DNA from: an uncultured virus (IMG/VR IMGVR_UViG_3300033148_003715) | Taxonomy: Duplodnaviria > Heunggongvirae > Uroviricota > Caudoviricetes | DNA: 64,000 bases | Direction: 5' to 3' (one strand) | IMG/VR virus record: IMGVR_UViG_3300033148_003715 | In this document: positions 1 to 8,500 of the stretch, one piece after another | Layout: each line of letters opens with the position of its first letter | How positions within the stretch are numbered: position 1 is the first letter of the stretch | Program-made: the position numbers and the translations under genes | Notes under the pieces: model-generated | The model's input: the letters and a program-made list of their open reading frames with translations, nothing else | Databases searched by the model: none | What the model was told of the DNA's origin: nothing

Positions 1-1224
1 ATCCTCCGCGAGATTCTTCCCCATGCCGGTGGAGTCGATCCTGAACCTGCGTAGGTTCTCCCCGAGGGCCTCGACGACTCGGATCAGGCGGGCGCGTTGC
101 TTCGGGAACGGCGTTTCCCGGTACTGCTCCTGGTAGCGGAGCGTGTAGGTCTCGCCCTGCTTCTCGAAGATCGTCAGCTCGCTCGGGTGTTTGCTCCGCC
201 CGACGTCGAACCCGGCGAACAGGCGGCCGAGCTTGGGGGCCACCTGGACGAGCTGGTCGAGGTTGTCGTAGATGGGGATCTTACTCGCGTCTTTCTGACA
301 GCACGGGAGGATTAGATCGTATGCGAAGAACGAGACGCGCTCGTCCTGCCACGCGCATTCGAACTCCTGCCGGAAGTCTTCGATCGGGAGCGCGTTGAAC
401 TGGTCCTGGAGTTCGCCTGTCCCGTACCGCTCAACGCGCAGCTCGGTCGGGAGCGTCTCGGCGAGGGCGCAGAGATTGGGGTCGTCTACGATCTTCGAGA
501 AGTGTTTGCACAGCCACCACGGGACGCGCTGTCGCCAATAGCCCGCGTACTCGACTGGGTCGGTGTGGATGGCGTGGAACGTGCCGCGCTTGCCAAGCGG
601 GGTTGACCCGACCGTGAGCTGGCCGCCCGAGCGGGAGATCAGGGCCGTCGCGCCCGCGTAGATCAAGCGATCGTTTTGGCAGTGCCCAAGCTCGTCCAGG
701 TAGACGTCGCCACTCTTCCCCCGGGGAGGCTTGGCCGGGTGGGAGACGACTCGGCTGACCCGGCGCCTCGATGAGTTGCTCTCGAATCCCACGACGGTCT
801 TGGAGTCGATCACCATCTTCTTCTGGAACTCGAGCGGAAGCTCGTCGTGTAGTTCTTTGACGAGCGCGACCTTCTCCTTGGCGTCGTCGAGGTTGTAGCT
901 GACACAGACCGACATGTGCCGGTCCTTGAGGTGGCAGCGCGAGAGAGATTCGCAACTGATCCCGAACGAGAATCCGATCTGCCGACACTTGAGCTGGGAG
1001 CGGAATCGCGACTTGTTCGTCAGGAACGCGAGCTGGAACGGGTCGAACTCGAGCCCCTTGCCTTCAAAACACCCAAGAGCGATCAGCCACCCGACCTCTG
1101 TGCTGAGGAGGTCCTTGGGGTCCATGCCCCAGCCCTCGAGGATCCCTGCTGCCCGCCCGGTCTGTTTCTTCAGCCAGCGACCGAACTCCCACTCGTCGCG
1201 CTTCACGATCCCACCGACAGCCAT
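1..1224 (-). CDS. terL: Terminase large subunit (3' end runs off the window)
   Basis: Not in the ORF track; translated by hand from ATG at 1224 (GGAGG RBS). Walker A-like KCRQIGFS, Walker B VYLDE, coupling motif GSTPLGKRG, FRQEFEC, nuclease motifs GFDVG and IDSTGMG. Confidence 0.93.
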   Translation of the reverse strand, partial: MAVGGIVKRDEWEFGRWLKKQTGRAAGILEGWGMDPKDLLSTEVGWLIALGCFEGKGLEFDPFQLAFLTNKSRFRSQLKCRQIGFSFGISCESLSRCHLKDRHMSVCVSYNLDDAKEKVALVKELHDELPLEFQKKMVIDSKTVVGFESNSSRRRVSRVVSHPAKPPRGKSGDVYLDELGHCQNDRLIYAGATALISRSGGQLTVGSTPLGKRGTFHAIHTDPVEYAGYWRQRVPWWLCKHFSKIVDDPNLCALAETLPTELRVERYGTGELQDQFNALPIEDFRQEFECAWQDERVSFFAYDLILPCCQKDASKIPIYDNLDQLVQVAPKLGRLFAGFDVGRSKHPSELTIFEKQGETYTLRYQEQYRETPFPKQRARLIRVVEALGENLRRFRIDSTGMGKNLAED

Positions 1225-1257
1225 GGTGCCTCCGGTCCTATACAGCCTACAATACGA

Positions 1258-1283
1258 CAGGCGGGTGCTTGAACACCCGCCTG
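1258..1283. promoter_or_regulatory. Inverted repeat in the divergent terL/HNH intergenic region
   Basis: CAGGCGGGTG-cttgaa-CACCCGCCTG, perfect 10-bp stem. Confidence 0.55.
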
Positions 1284-1314
1284 CCAACCACGGGACCTGA
1301 AGAGGAGGTCGACC

Positions 1315-1878
1315 ATGGCCGAGAGAGATCGTAGCACGCGATCTTGCGAGCACTGCGGGGGTCCAATCAAGCGACGTCACTACTCCGAGAAGAGATATGC
1401 GCGGTCCCGGTTCTGCTCGCGCAAATGCTCCAACCGACACAGGTTCTCGAGGCCTCTCTGGGATCGGCTCTGGTCGAGGGTTGAGCGCGGCCCCGGCTGC
1501 TGGGTCTGGACTGGCTGCAGGTCGAAGTGGGGCTACGGACAGATTGGATCGAAGGGTCGTATGGCGAGGACTCATCGCGTGAGTTGGGAACTCACGAGGA
1601 ATCGGCCCGTGCCCGAGGGTCTTCATGTTCTACATCGTTGTGATAACCCGCCTTGCGTCCGACCTTCTCACCTGTATGTAGGAACGGATCTGGACAATGC
1701 TCGGGACCGAGTAGCCCGGGGTCGAAGTTGGACCAAACTCACCAAGGCAGACGTGGTCGAGATCCGTGAGCGAGCAGCCAGCGGTGAGTTCCAGACGAGC
1801 TTGGCACTCGAGTTCGGAGTTACTCAGCCAGTGATCAGTCACATAGTCCACCGGAAGAACTGGAAGCATGTTCCATGA
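1315..1878 (+). CDS. HNH endonuclease with N-terminal Zn finger and C-terminal HTH-like domain
   Basis: CEHCG...FCSRKC; CWVWTG, HRVSW, VLHRCDNPPCVRPSHL..GT..DN; C-terminal LALEFGVTQPVISHI; AGGAGG RBS. Confidence 0.9.
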   Translation: MAERDRSTRSCEHCGGPIKRRHYSEKRYARSRFCSRKCSNRHRFSRPLWDRLWSRVERGPGCWVWTGCRSKWGYGQIGSKGRMARTHRVSWELTRNRPVPEGLHVLHRCDNPPCVRPSHLYVGTDLDNARDRVARGRSWTKLTKADVVEIRERAASGEFQTSLALEFGVTQPVISHIVHRKNWKHVP

Positions 1879-2189
1879 GCAAGACCACAAAGAGGAGGAG
1901 CTGCGACAAGCGGACCTCGCGCGGAGTCTGCCGAGAGATCGTCGCCCGGCTCGCCGTGGTCGAGTACTGCCCCGCCGCGCGGGCCAAGCACTGCGCGCCC
2001 GGCAACTGCGTCCACCACCCGCTCCGCGGGCTCAAGACGCGGCTCGCCGAGATGAAACGCGGCGGGATCAACCTGCGCCGCTATGGGAGCCGGCTCCGCG
2101 ACCCCGGGTTCGTGGACAAGCTCTATCGGGCCTTCCTTAGGGCGCGCAGGAGGCGCTCGACCACGACGCGCCACTCGCGTTCCCCGTAG
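1875..2189 (+). CDS. Hypothetical basic Cys/His protein
   Basis: ATGA overlap with the HNH stop; GC3-rich codons. Confidence 0.55.
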   Translation: MSKTTKRRSCDKRTSRGVCREIVARLAVVEYCPAARAKHCAPGNCVHHPLRGLKTRLAEMKRGGINLRRYGSRLRDPGFVDKLYRAFLRARRRRSTTTRHSRSP

Positions 2190-2248
2190 AGACCGCGGAC
2201 GATCTTCCTCCGGGCCTCGCGCACCTTCTCGATCCTGATCTGTTTCAT
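2123..2248 (-). CDS. Small basic protein, 41 aa (MKQIRIEKVREARRKIVRGLYGEREW...)
   Basis: Below the ORF-track cutoff; AGGAGG RBS upstream of ATG 2248; overlaps 1875-2189 convergently. Confidence 0.5.
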   Translation of the reverse strand: MKQIRIEKVREARRKIVRGLYGEREWRVVVERLLRALRKAR

Positions 2249-2350
2249 GCGTCCTCCTGGTCTCCTATCGGTTCTCACCAGGCTGGCCCTCCAGGGTTTC
2301 TTGAGAATCTCTCCGAGCCCCCGTATGCTCTCCTCGTAGGAGGATTAGAG

Positions 2351-2968
2351 ATGAGTGACGACAAGGGCGAGCCCGCGGCAAAGTACTTCAAGAATCCGAA
2401 GCTGAAGATCCTGGCGGTGCTGCTCCAGTATGTGATCGGCCCCGCCTTGACGGCGACGATCACCACGTTTGGCCTCTACTTTGTGCAGATCAAGGACCAG
2501 GTCCAGGCCGACGTCGAGGACGGAGTCAAGGAGGGGGTGAGCGAGGAGCTGGACGCGAGAGAGGCGGCCGACGCTACCGTGCTTGACTTCGTGCGGGCGC
2601 GCGTCGCGGAGATCACGACGGCCTCCACGACGGCTGCGGTCGGGACGTCGGCGATCATGGCTCAGTTGCCTGAGCTGTTCGTGCGGGGCGAGCGCGTGAT
2701 TCCCCGATTGATCGAGCAGCTACAAGAGCAGGTCCAGTCGCAGGAGCAGGTCGACGTAGGCGTGTGCGGCGAAGGCGACGACGCCCCGGAGACGGCGCTG
2801 ACCCAGGAACAGGAACAAGACCAGGTGCAGGAGATGCTCCCCGGCAGGATCGTGGAGGCGTGGAAGAAGCGCCTCGGGAGGAGGCCCGGTCTCCGAGACT
2901 ACGAGCGGATCAGGGAGGCCGCGAACCGGGTTCAGGCCCAGGTTCAAATGCAGCAGGAGGGGTTCTAG
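2351..2968 (+). CDS. Hypothetical membrane-anchored protein with Gln/Glu-rich C-terminus
   Basis: Hydrophobic stretch ILAVLLQYVIGPALTATITTFGLYFV; GATTAGAG abuts the ATG. Confidence 0.65.
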   Translation: MSDDKGEPAAKYFKNPKLKILAVLLQYVIGPALTATITTFGLYFVQIKDQVQADVEDGVKEGVSEELDAREAADATVLDFVRARVAEITTASTTAAVGTSAIMAQLPELFVRGERVIPRLIEQLQEQVQSQEQVDVGVCGEGDDAPETALTQEQEQDQVQEMLPGRIVEAWKKRLGRRPGLRDYERIREAANRVQAQVQMQQEGF

Positions 2969-3039
2969 CGCGGGACCCGCGGCTTGTCCGTGAGTCGGGC
3001 CGGTGGTATCGTTTGCTTAGATTAGAGAGGCTGCTGCTC

Positions 3040-4116
3040 ATGGCCAAGAAGACCAAGAGGCGGGTGAGAAGGAAGCCCCTGCCGGGCGAGGCCGTCGGCG
3101 AGATCAATGGGTTTCCGATCCGCCGCATGAGGGTCTCGAGTCTCGACCCCGCCGCCTATAACCCGCGCGAGATTACCGAGCGTGCCCTCGGGGGACTCAG
3201 GGCGTCGGTCGGGGAGTTCTGGCTGCCACAGCCGATCGTGTGGAACAAGCGGACGAGTCGCGTCGTCGGGGGCCACCAGCGACTCAAGACGCTCGAGCCG
3301 GACTCCGAGACCGACGTGATTGTGGTTGACCTGGGCGAGGTCAAAGAGAAGGCCCTTAACATAGCCCTGAACAATCCCCACGCGGCCGGCGACTGGACCG
3401 ATTCTCTGAACGAGCTACTCAAGGAGATTCGGGTCGAGATTCCCGACCTGGCCGAGGATCTTCTCTTCGACGGGCTCGACATTGATCTCGGACTCGACAC
3501 CGGGGGGACGGGACCCGAGGAACCAGAGAAACGCGAGCCCCTCAAGGACCCGAAGGGTGTCTGGATCATCCACGGTTCGTGCCCAGAGGCGTTGAGGAAG
3601 TTGCCCGACAACTCGATCCACGCGATTTGCTGTTCTCCCCCCTACTGGGGACTTCGGGACTATAAAATCGAAGACACCGTGTGGGGCGGTGACTCGGAGT
3701 GCGAGCACAAATGGGGGAAGAAGAAAAAGCTGAAAGGGGTGGGCAATAACAGCTCGATACGGGGCGAGGACGACGATGGATCTGGTCCCTTTGATCAGTC
3801 CGGGGTAGACCCTGGTTCTAAGAGGGAGAGAGAGCACGTCAGACAGAGAGAAGTGGATGCAGGTCAGTTCTGTCTCCGTTGCGATGCCTGGCGCGGTTGC
3901 CTCGGGCTCGAGCCTACGCCGGAGCTGTTTCTCGTTCACCTGGTCGACGTGTTTCGCGAGGTCCGGCGGGTCCTCCGCCAGGACGGCACGTGTTGGCTGA
4001 ATATGGGATCGAGCTACGCCAGTCAGGCTGACGACATGATGGAAGTGCGGGCGGATCTCACCAACAAGGAGCGAGCCTACGTTTTGCGCGGACTCGCGGA
4101 GTGCTCACGTCGATGA
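3040..4116 (+). CDS. ParB-like N-terminal domain fused to the N-terminal (catalytic SPPY) half of an amino (N4-C/N6-A) DNA methyltransferase
   Basis: Start moved to ATG 3040 (MAKKTKRR). YNPR..., QPIVWN, VGGHQRL (ParB-N); IHGSCPEAL..LPDNSI...CSPPYWGLRDY, LGLE..PE.F...L...FREV.RVL..DG.CWLN.G (MTase). Confidence 0.88.
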   Translation: MAKKTKRRVRRKPLPGEAVGEINGFPIRRMRVSSLDPAAYNPREITERALGGLRASVGEFWLPQPIVWNKRTSRVVGGHQRLKTLEPDSETDVIVVDLGEVKEKALNIALNNPHAAGDWTDSLNELLKEIRVEIPDLAEDLLFDGLDIDLGLDTGGTGPEEPEKREPLKDPKGVWIIHGSCPEALRKLPDNSIHAICCSPPYWGLRDYKIEDTVWGGDSECEHKWGKKKKLKGVGNNSSIRGEDDDGSGPFDQSGVDPGSKREREHVRQREVDAGQFCLRCDAWRGCLGLEPTPELFLVHLVDVFREVRRVLRQDGTCWLNMGSSYASQADDMMEVRADLTNKERAYVLRGLAECSRR

Positions 4117-4619
4117 CAGCGAGCGCAGACAATCTCCAGGTTTCCCGGGCTGTGGTCGGAGTGTCCGTGGTCGCGATGGTGGAGCAGAAGCGTGTACGCG
4201 ACCTCCCGTCCGCACCTCTCGCATGTGTTCGACCGCGACCGCACACGCTTCCGCCAACCGCGACCGAACCCAGGAGCATAGGGCGTCGCCTTCCCTTTGT
4301 CCTGATGGTTCGGGTTCTTCTTCCCACTTACACTTGCCGCGACCTTCGCCAGCCACTCCATGTCTTCGGCATTCGCGAGGCCACGCTTCCGTGCCTCTGC
4401 CCGCATCTTCGGCGTCCACGCTGCGGCGGCTTTCGTGCGCGATGCCTTCGACCGCTTACGCCCGTTGAGCCATGGTCGATCGATGCCGGTTGTCGATTCG
4501 GTCATCTTAGCTCTGTGTTCCGGGGTTCGCGCGTAGGGCTTCGAGCACGAGCGACACGTCTTCGCTTTCTTGCTCTTGGGTTCCCCACAAGACGGGCATG
4601 GGACTTTCGGGCTCGGCAT
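4077..4619 (-). CDS. HNH homing-type endonuclease, antisense inside the methyltransferase
   Basis: CPSCG...CRSC, NUMOD3-like RTPEHRAKM, SGKKNPN, CERCG...LLHHRDHGHSDHSPGNLEIVCARCHRREH. Confidence 0.85.
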   Translation of the reverse strand: MPSPKVPCPSCGEPKSKKAKTCRSCSKPYARTPEHRAKMTESTTGIDRPWLNGRKRSKASRTKAAAAWTPKMRAEARKRGLANAEDMEWLAKVAASVSGKKNPNHQDKGKATPYAPGFGRGWRKRVRSRSNTCERCGREVAYTLLLHHRDHGHSDHSPGNLEIVCARCHRREHSASPRKT

Positions 4620-4652
4620 TCAATGCTCCAATCTGGGGACATTCTACCATGA
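4113..4652 (+). other. 179-codon bridge ORF antisense to the HNH gene, ATGA-coupled to both methyltransferase halves
   Basis: ATG 4113-4115 overlaps TGA 4114-4116 of the N-half; its TGA 4650-4652 overlaps ATG 4649-4651 of the C-half. No recognisable domain. Confidence 0.4.
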
Positions 4653-5563
4653 AGCTCCAACTGCGAGAGACGGAGATCCCGAAGCACCTACGGAAGTTCT
4701 TCCGGCCATGTGGCGTGAAGCCGAAGGATAACTTCCTTATGCCGGCCCGCTGTGCGCTCGCCCTCCAGGCTGATGGGTGGTGGGTGAGGAGTGAGATCGT
4801 CTGGGCCAAGGGGTGCAGCCTCTCAGACAAGTACTCGGGCAGCGTGATGCCTGCGTCGGTGCGGGACCGCCCCACGGACGGGCACGAGATGCTCTACTTG
4901 CTCACGAAGGCCCCTCGGTATTTCTACGACCAGGACGCTGTGCGGGAACGGACCGGTCGCGAAGCAACTCCCGAGGAGTACGCGAACGCGGACGGGAGGG
5001 ATGCGCCGAAAGGCGATCTCACCGAGGGGATCAACGCGGGATTCGGGTCGAAGCGAGACTCGTTCACTCACCCCGCGGGCCGCAATTTGAGGACGGTCTG
5101 GCTCATCAACCCACAGCCCTACGCGGCGGCCCACTTCGCCACATTTCCTGAGAGGCTCGTGGAGCCCTGTCTGAAGGCGGGCACGTCCGCGCACGGGGTC
5201 TGCGGCAAGTGTGGGGCGCCGTGGGAGAGAGTAGTCGAGACCGTTGGTGGTGGGGCATGGAGTGGTAAGCGACCACCGCTTGAAGGAGAAGGCGTAGCGA
5301 ACAAGAACGCGGGAGCGGCTACTGCCTCGGCGAAGGCGTGGACGAGCGGGGAGTTCAAGCACATCACAACCGGCTGGCGTCCCACCTGCAAGCACACCAA
5401 GGCGAGGCGCGTGCCCCCCACGGTCCTGGATCCGTTCAACGGGAGTGGGACGACCGGCCTGGTGGCGCGGCGTCTCGGGTGCAGGTACATCGGCGTCGAG
5501 CCCAACGCCGAATATATCCAGCTCGCGCGGCAGAGGATCCTCGACGGGGGCGTGACTGATTGA
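4649..5563 (+). CDS. C-terminal (SAM-binding) half of the DNA methyltransferase
   Basis: KPKD..LMPARCALALQADGWWVRSEIVWAK, HEMLYLLTK..RYFYD, RNLRTVW, HFATFPERLVEPC, motif I VLDPFNGSGTTG, YIGVE.NAEY. Confidence 0.88.
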   Translation: MKLQLRETEIPKHLRKFFRPCGVKPKDNFLMPARCALALQADGWWVRSEIVWAKGCSLSDKYSGSVMPASVRDRPTDGHEMLYLLTKAPRYFYDQDAVRERTGREATPEEYANADGRDAPKGDLTEGINAGFGSKRDSFTHPAGRNLRTVWLINPQPYAAAHFATFPERLVEPCLKAGTSAHGVCGKCGAPWERVVETVGGGAWSGKRPPLEGEGVANKNAGAATASAKAWTSGEFKHITTGWRPTCKHTKARRVPPTVLDPFNGSGTTGLVARRLGCRYIGVEPNAEYIQLARQRILDGGVTD

Positions 5564-5594
5564 GTGGTGGGGCGCTGTGTCCACGGGGTAGGAT

Positions 5595-5612
5595 GTTTGG
5601 GATATCCCAAAC
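5595..5612. promoter_or_regulatory. 18-bp palindrome, copy 1 (perfect), directly before the portal RBS
   Basis: GTTTGGGATATCCCAAAC. Confidence 0.85.
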
Positions 5613-5625
5613 CAGGAGGGTTCAG

Positions 5626-7869
5626 GTGAGTCGAGACAACGGGGCCGCGAAGGCCGTGATCGTAGGACCCGCCGCGCCGGCCGAGATGCTCGACCGCCTC
5701 GACGCCGAGCAGGCTGAGAAGCACGCCAGGTGGAGTTCGATGCGGACGGCGGTGGTGTCGGTCGGGAAGCGCATGGGCCTCCTAACCGAGTCCGCGAAGA
5801 AAGACGCCTCGAAGCAGGTCAGAACCAGGCTTACCAAGGCCGGGGAGCTTCAGGCCCCGACCACGCACGAGGACGATGACGACCTACTCCAGTACGGTCG
5901 GACCGACATGGTCGACGACACCCTGATGTCGCCCTACGACTTCGAGGTCCTGTGTAGCTTGGAGGAGAACAGCGGGTCGCTTCGTCAGAACATCGACGCC
6001 ATGGCGACCAACGTGGACGGGTTCGGCCACCGGTTCGAGCCCGTGATTGACTTCACGAGTCCCGAGGCAGACAACCTGATCCGAGACGTCATGCTCGTCG
6101 AGTCCCTCGAGAAGGGCATGCCTGACGATCTCATGGAACTCGACCAGGCCACGATCGACGACAACACCCCGAGCATCGACGAGGTCCAGGCGAGGAAGAT
6201 CCTCTGGGAGAGGATCGCGACGATCGAGAAGGCGAAGATCGAGCCGTTCTTCGAGTTCATCAACCCGGTCAACACGTTCGTCGAGCTACGCACGGCCATG
6301 CGGCGCAGCCGCGAGCTTCTCGGCAACGCCGGGTGGGAGGTGATCCGCGAAGACCCCGCTGATGTCGAGTCCAAGATCAGCCAGGTCTACGGTGTCCCGT
6401 TCGTGCATGTGCGGCTCGTGCGCGCCGACAGGAAGCCCATCGAGGCCAGCATGGTGATCCGTAAGAACCTGGTCCATTTCGAGACCATCAAGGTCAACCG
6501 GTTCTTTCGGCGATTCATGCGGATGACGGGATCGACCCGGATCTACTACAAGGAGTTCGGTGACCCGCGCGTGGTTTCTCGCGACACCGGCCGGTACTAC
6601 GAGTCGGTCAAGGAGTTGCAGAGCGACGCCAACGAGGGCGAGAAGGCCAAGCCCGCGAACGAGTTCTTCCACTGGGAGATTCCGAGCGAGGTCAGCGCGT
6701 ACGGGATTCCGAGGTGGATCGGCGCGCTACTGGCCGTGATCGGTTCACGCGCTGCCGAGGAAGTGAACTTCTTGTACTTCGACAACAAGGCGATCCCGGC
6801 CATGGTCATGCTCGTCTCGGGCGGGCGTGTCTCCGAGGAGTCGGTGACGAAGATCGAGTCGTACATCGAGGACCACATCAAGGGACGAGCCAACTACCAC
6901 AAGATCATGATCCTTGAGGCTCTCCCGGCGGGTGTCGACGCCTCCGAGGGAGACCTGGAGCACTCGGGGAAAACAAGGATCGAGCTGAAGCCTCTCCTGG
7001 GGAACCAGATCCAGGATGCGCTGTTCCAGGAGTACGACGCCAACAACACCACGAAGATCGGGAGGAGCTTCCGCCAGCCACCGATCCTGACCGGTGACAC
7101 GAAGGACATGAATCGGTCAACCGCCGAAACTGCCAAGGCACTCGCGGAGGAGCAAATCTACCAGCCTGTCCGGGATCAGTTCGACAAGGTCATGGATCGA
7201 CACTTTCTCACGAACTTGAAGGTCCACTTCTGGCGATTCGTCACGAACGCGCCTGTCCAGCGACTCCCCAACGATCTTGTCGACAACGTCAAGAAGTCCC
7301 TCGAGGCCGGCGCGATCGTCCCCAACGAGGCTCGCGTCCTCCTTGGAGACGCCTTCTCGACCGACCTCGACTACAAGGACGAGGACTGGGCCAAGATCCC
7401 GCCCAAGCTGGCGGTCGCCGCGGCCCGACAAGGCGCGCTCCCGGGCGCGGAGCCGGGCGACGAGGGATCGAGGGCGGCCGACGAGGTCGAGTCCGCCGTG
7501 GGAGACCTTGTCGGGAGGGGGAAGACGAGCGAGAGCGAGGGACACCTCCACGGGTTCGCCGCCGTTCGAGAGGGGGCCCAGATCCGAGTCATGGTCATGC
7601 CGGGCGGCGAGGACGGTCACTCGCACTCGGTCGCCCCGGTCCCGTTCAAGGACGGGGGTAAGTTCGAGATCACCACGGCCCCCCACGGGGGCGAGGGCGG
7701 GCACGCGCACGAGGTCGCCTTCACGGCCCCCATGTCGAAGCGACGCCAACGTGCCCACAACGCGGCCGTCGCGCTCGCCTACTTGCGCCGCTCGATCCAG
7801 GAGGAGGTCGAGGCCGGCAAGGACGAGTTCTTCGACGCCTCCAAGCTAGAGCAACCCGAAGACGATTAG
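5626..7869 (+). CDS. Portal protein (PBSX-like) with His-rich C-terminal extension
   Basis: Start GTG 5626 with AGGAGG RBS; ELLGNAGWEVIRE, YGIPRWIG, YFDNKAIPAMVMLVSGG, FRQPPILTG..DMNRSTAE, I.PNEAR; position in the head module. Confidence 0.88.
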   Translation: MSRDNGAAKAVIVGPAAPAEMLDRLDAEQAEKHARWSSMRTAVVSVGKRMGLLTESAKKDASKQVRTRLTKAGELQAPTTHEDDDDLLQYGRTDMVDDTLMSPYDFEVLCSLEENSGSLRQNIDAMATNVDGFGHRFEPVIDFTSPEADNLIRDVMLVESLEKGMPDDLMELDQATIDDNTPSIDEVQARKILWERIATIEKAKIEPFFEFINPVNTFVELRTAMRRSRELLGNAGWEVIREDPADVESKISQVYGVPFVHVRLVRADRKPIEASMVIRKNLVHFETIKVNRFFRRFMRMTGSTRIYYKEFGDPRVVSRDTGRYYESVKELQSDANEGEKAKPANEFFHWEIPSEVSAYGIPRWIGALLAVIGSRAAEEVNFLYFDNKAIPAMVMLVSGGRVSEESVTKIESYIEDHIKGRANYHKIMILEALPAGVDASEGDLEHSGKTRIELKPLLGNQIQDALFQEYDANNTTKIGRSFRQPPILTGDTKDMNRSTAETAKALAEEQIYQPVRDQFDKVMDRHFLTNLKVHFWRFVTNAPVQRLPNDLVDNVKKSLEAGAIVPNEARVLLGDAFSTDLDYKDEDWAKIPPKLAVAAARQGALPGAEPGDEGSRAADEVESAVGDLVGRGKTSESEGHLHGFAAVREGAQIRVMVMPGGEDGHSHSVAPVPFKDGGKFEITTAPHGGEGGHAHEVAFTAPMSKRRQRAHNAAVALAYLRRSIQEEVEAGKDEFFDASKLEQPEDD

Positions 7870-7879
7870 AGGATGAACG

Positions 7880-8500
7880 GTGAAGAAGAAACCGCGGAGG
7901 CGGGCTAACGGGAAGGCCGTCGGAGAGATCAACGGATTCCCCATCTACCGCATGAAGGTCTCGGAGATCGTTCCATCCGGCTACAACCCGAGGGAGATCA
8001 CCGACAAGGCCCTCGGGGGACTCCAGGCGAGCGTGGACGAGTTCGGGCTCACGCAGCCAATCGTGTGGAACAAGAGGACCAAGAGAATCGTCGGGGGACA
8101 CCAGCGGCTCAAGACGCTCCCCCCGGAGACCACGACCGACGTGGTCGTGGTTGATCTGGGCGAGGTCAAGGAGAAGGCTCTCAACCTGGCTCTCAACAAT
8201 CCCCACGCAGCCGGTGACTGGTCGGACGATCTATTCGAGATCCTCGAGGAGATCCGGGTCGAGATTCCCGATCTCTCGAATGACCTCAGGTTCGACGACA
8301 TCATGGGGGGATCGGTCGTGGATCTCGGCATTGATGACGAGTCGCCCGGGTTCGCGGAGGGCGAGCAGTTCGCGAGGGCCGACGTGGTCGTGGTTGAGGT
8401 GTCGGTACCGACCAACCAGTTCGATTCGGTGTTCAAGCAGGACATGCTCGAGTGGTGCAAGGAGAGGGATGTCACGTTCAAGGTGAGAGTCAAGCGGTGA
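7880..8500 (+). CDS. ParB-like N-terminal domain protein, paralogue of the N-terminus of 3040-4116
   Basis: YNPREIT..ALGGL..S..EFG..QPIVWNKRT..IVGGHQRLKTL; shares DLGEVKEKALN.ALNNPHAAGDW with the MTase fusion. Confidence 0.85.
   Translation: MKKKPRRRANGKAVGEINGFPIYRMKVSEIVPSGYNPREITDKALGGLQASVDEFGLTQPIVWNKRTKRIVGGHQRLKTLPPETTTDVVVVDLGEVKEKALNLALNNPHAAGDWSDDLFEILEEIRVEIPDLSNDLRFDDIMGGSVVDLGIDDESPGFAEGEQFARADVVVVEVSVPTNQFDSVFKQDMLEWCKERDVTFKVRVKR

Noticed and set aside
1315..1910. Start duplication for the first HNH like that at baseplate J
   Set aside because: Only a weak RSC similarity between the two N-termini; not convincing.
4077..4652. Intein or group I/II intron in the methyltransferase
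   Set aside because: The reading frame is broken, so not an intein; the HNH fills nearly the whole insert, leaving little room for a ribozyme core, and I recognised none. Not formally excluded without a covariance search.
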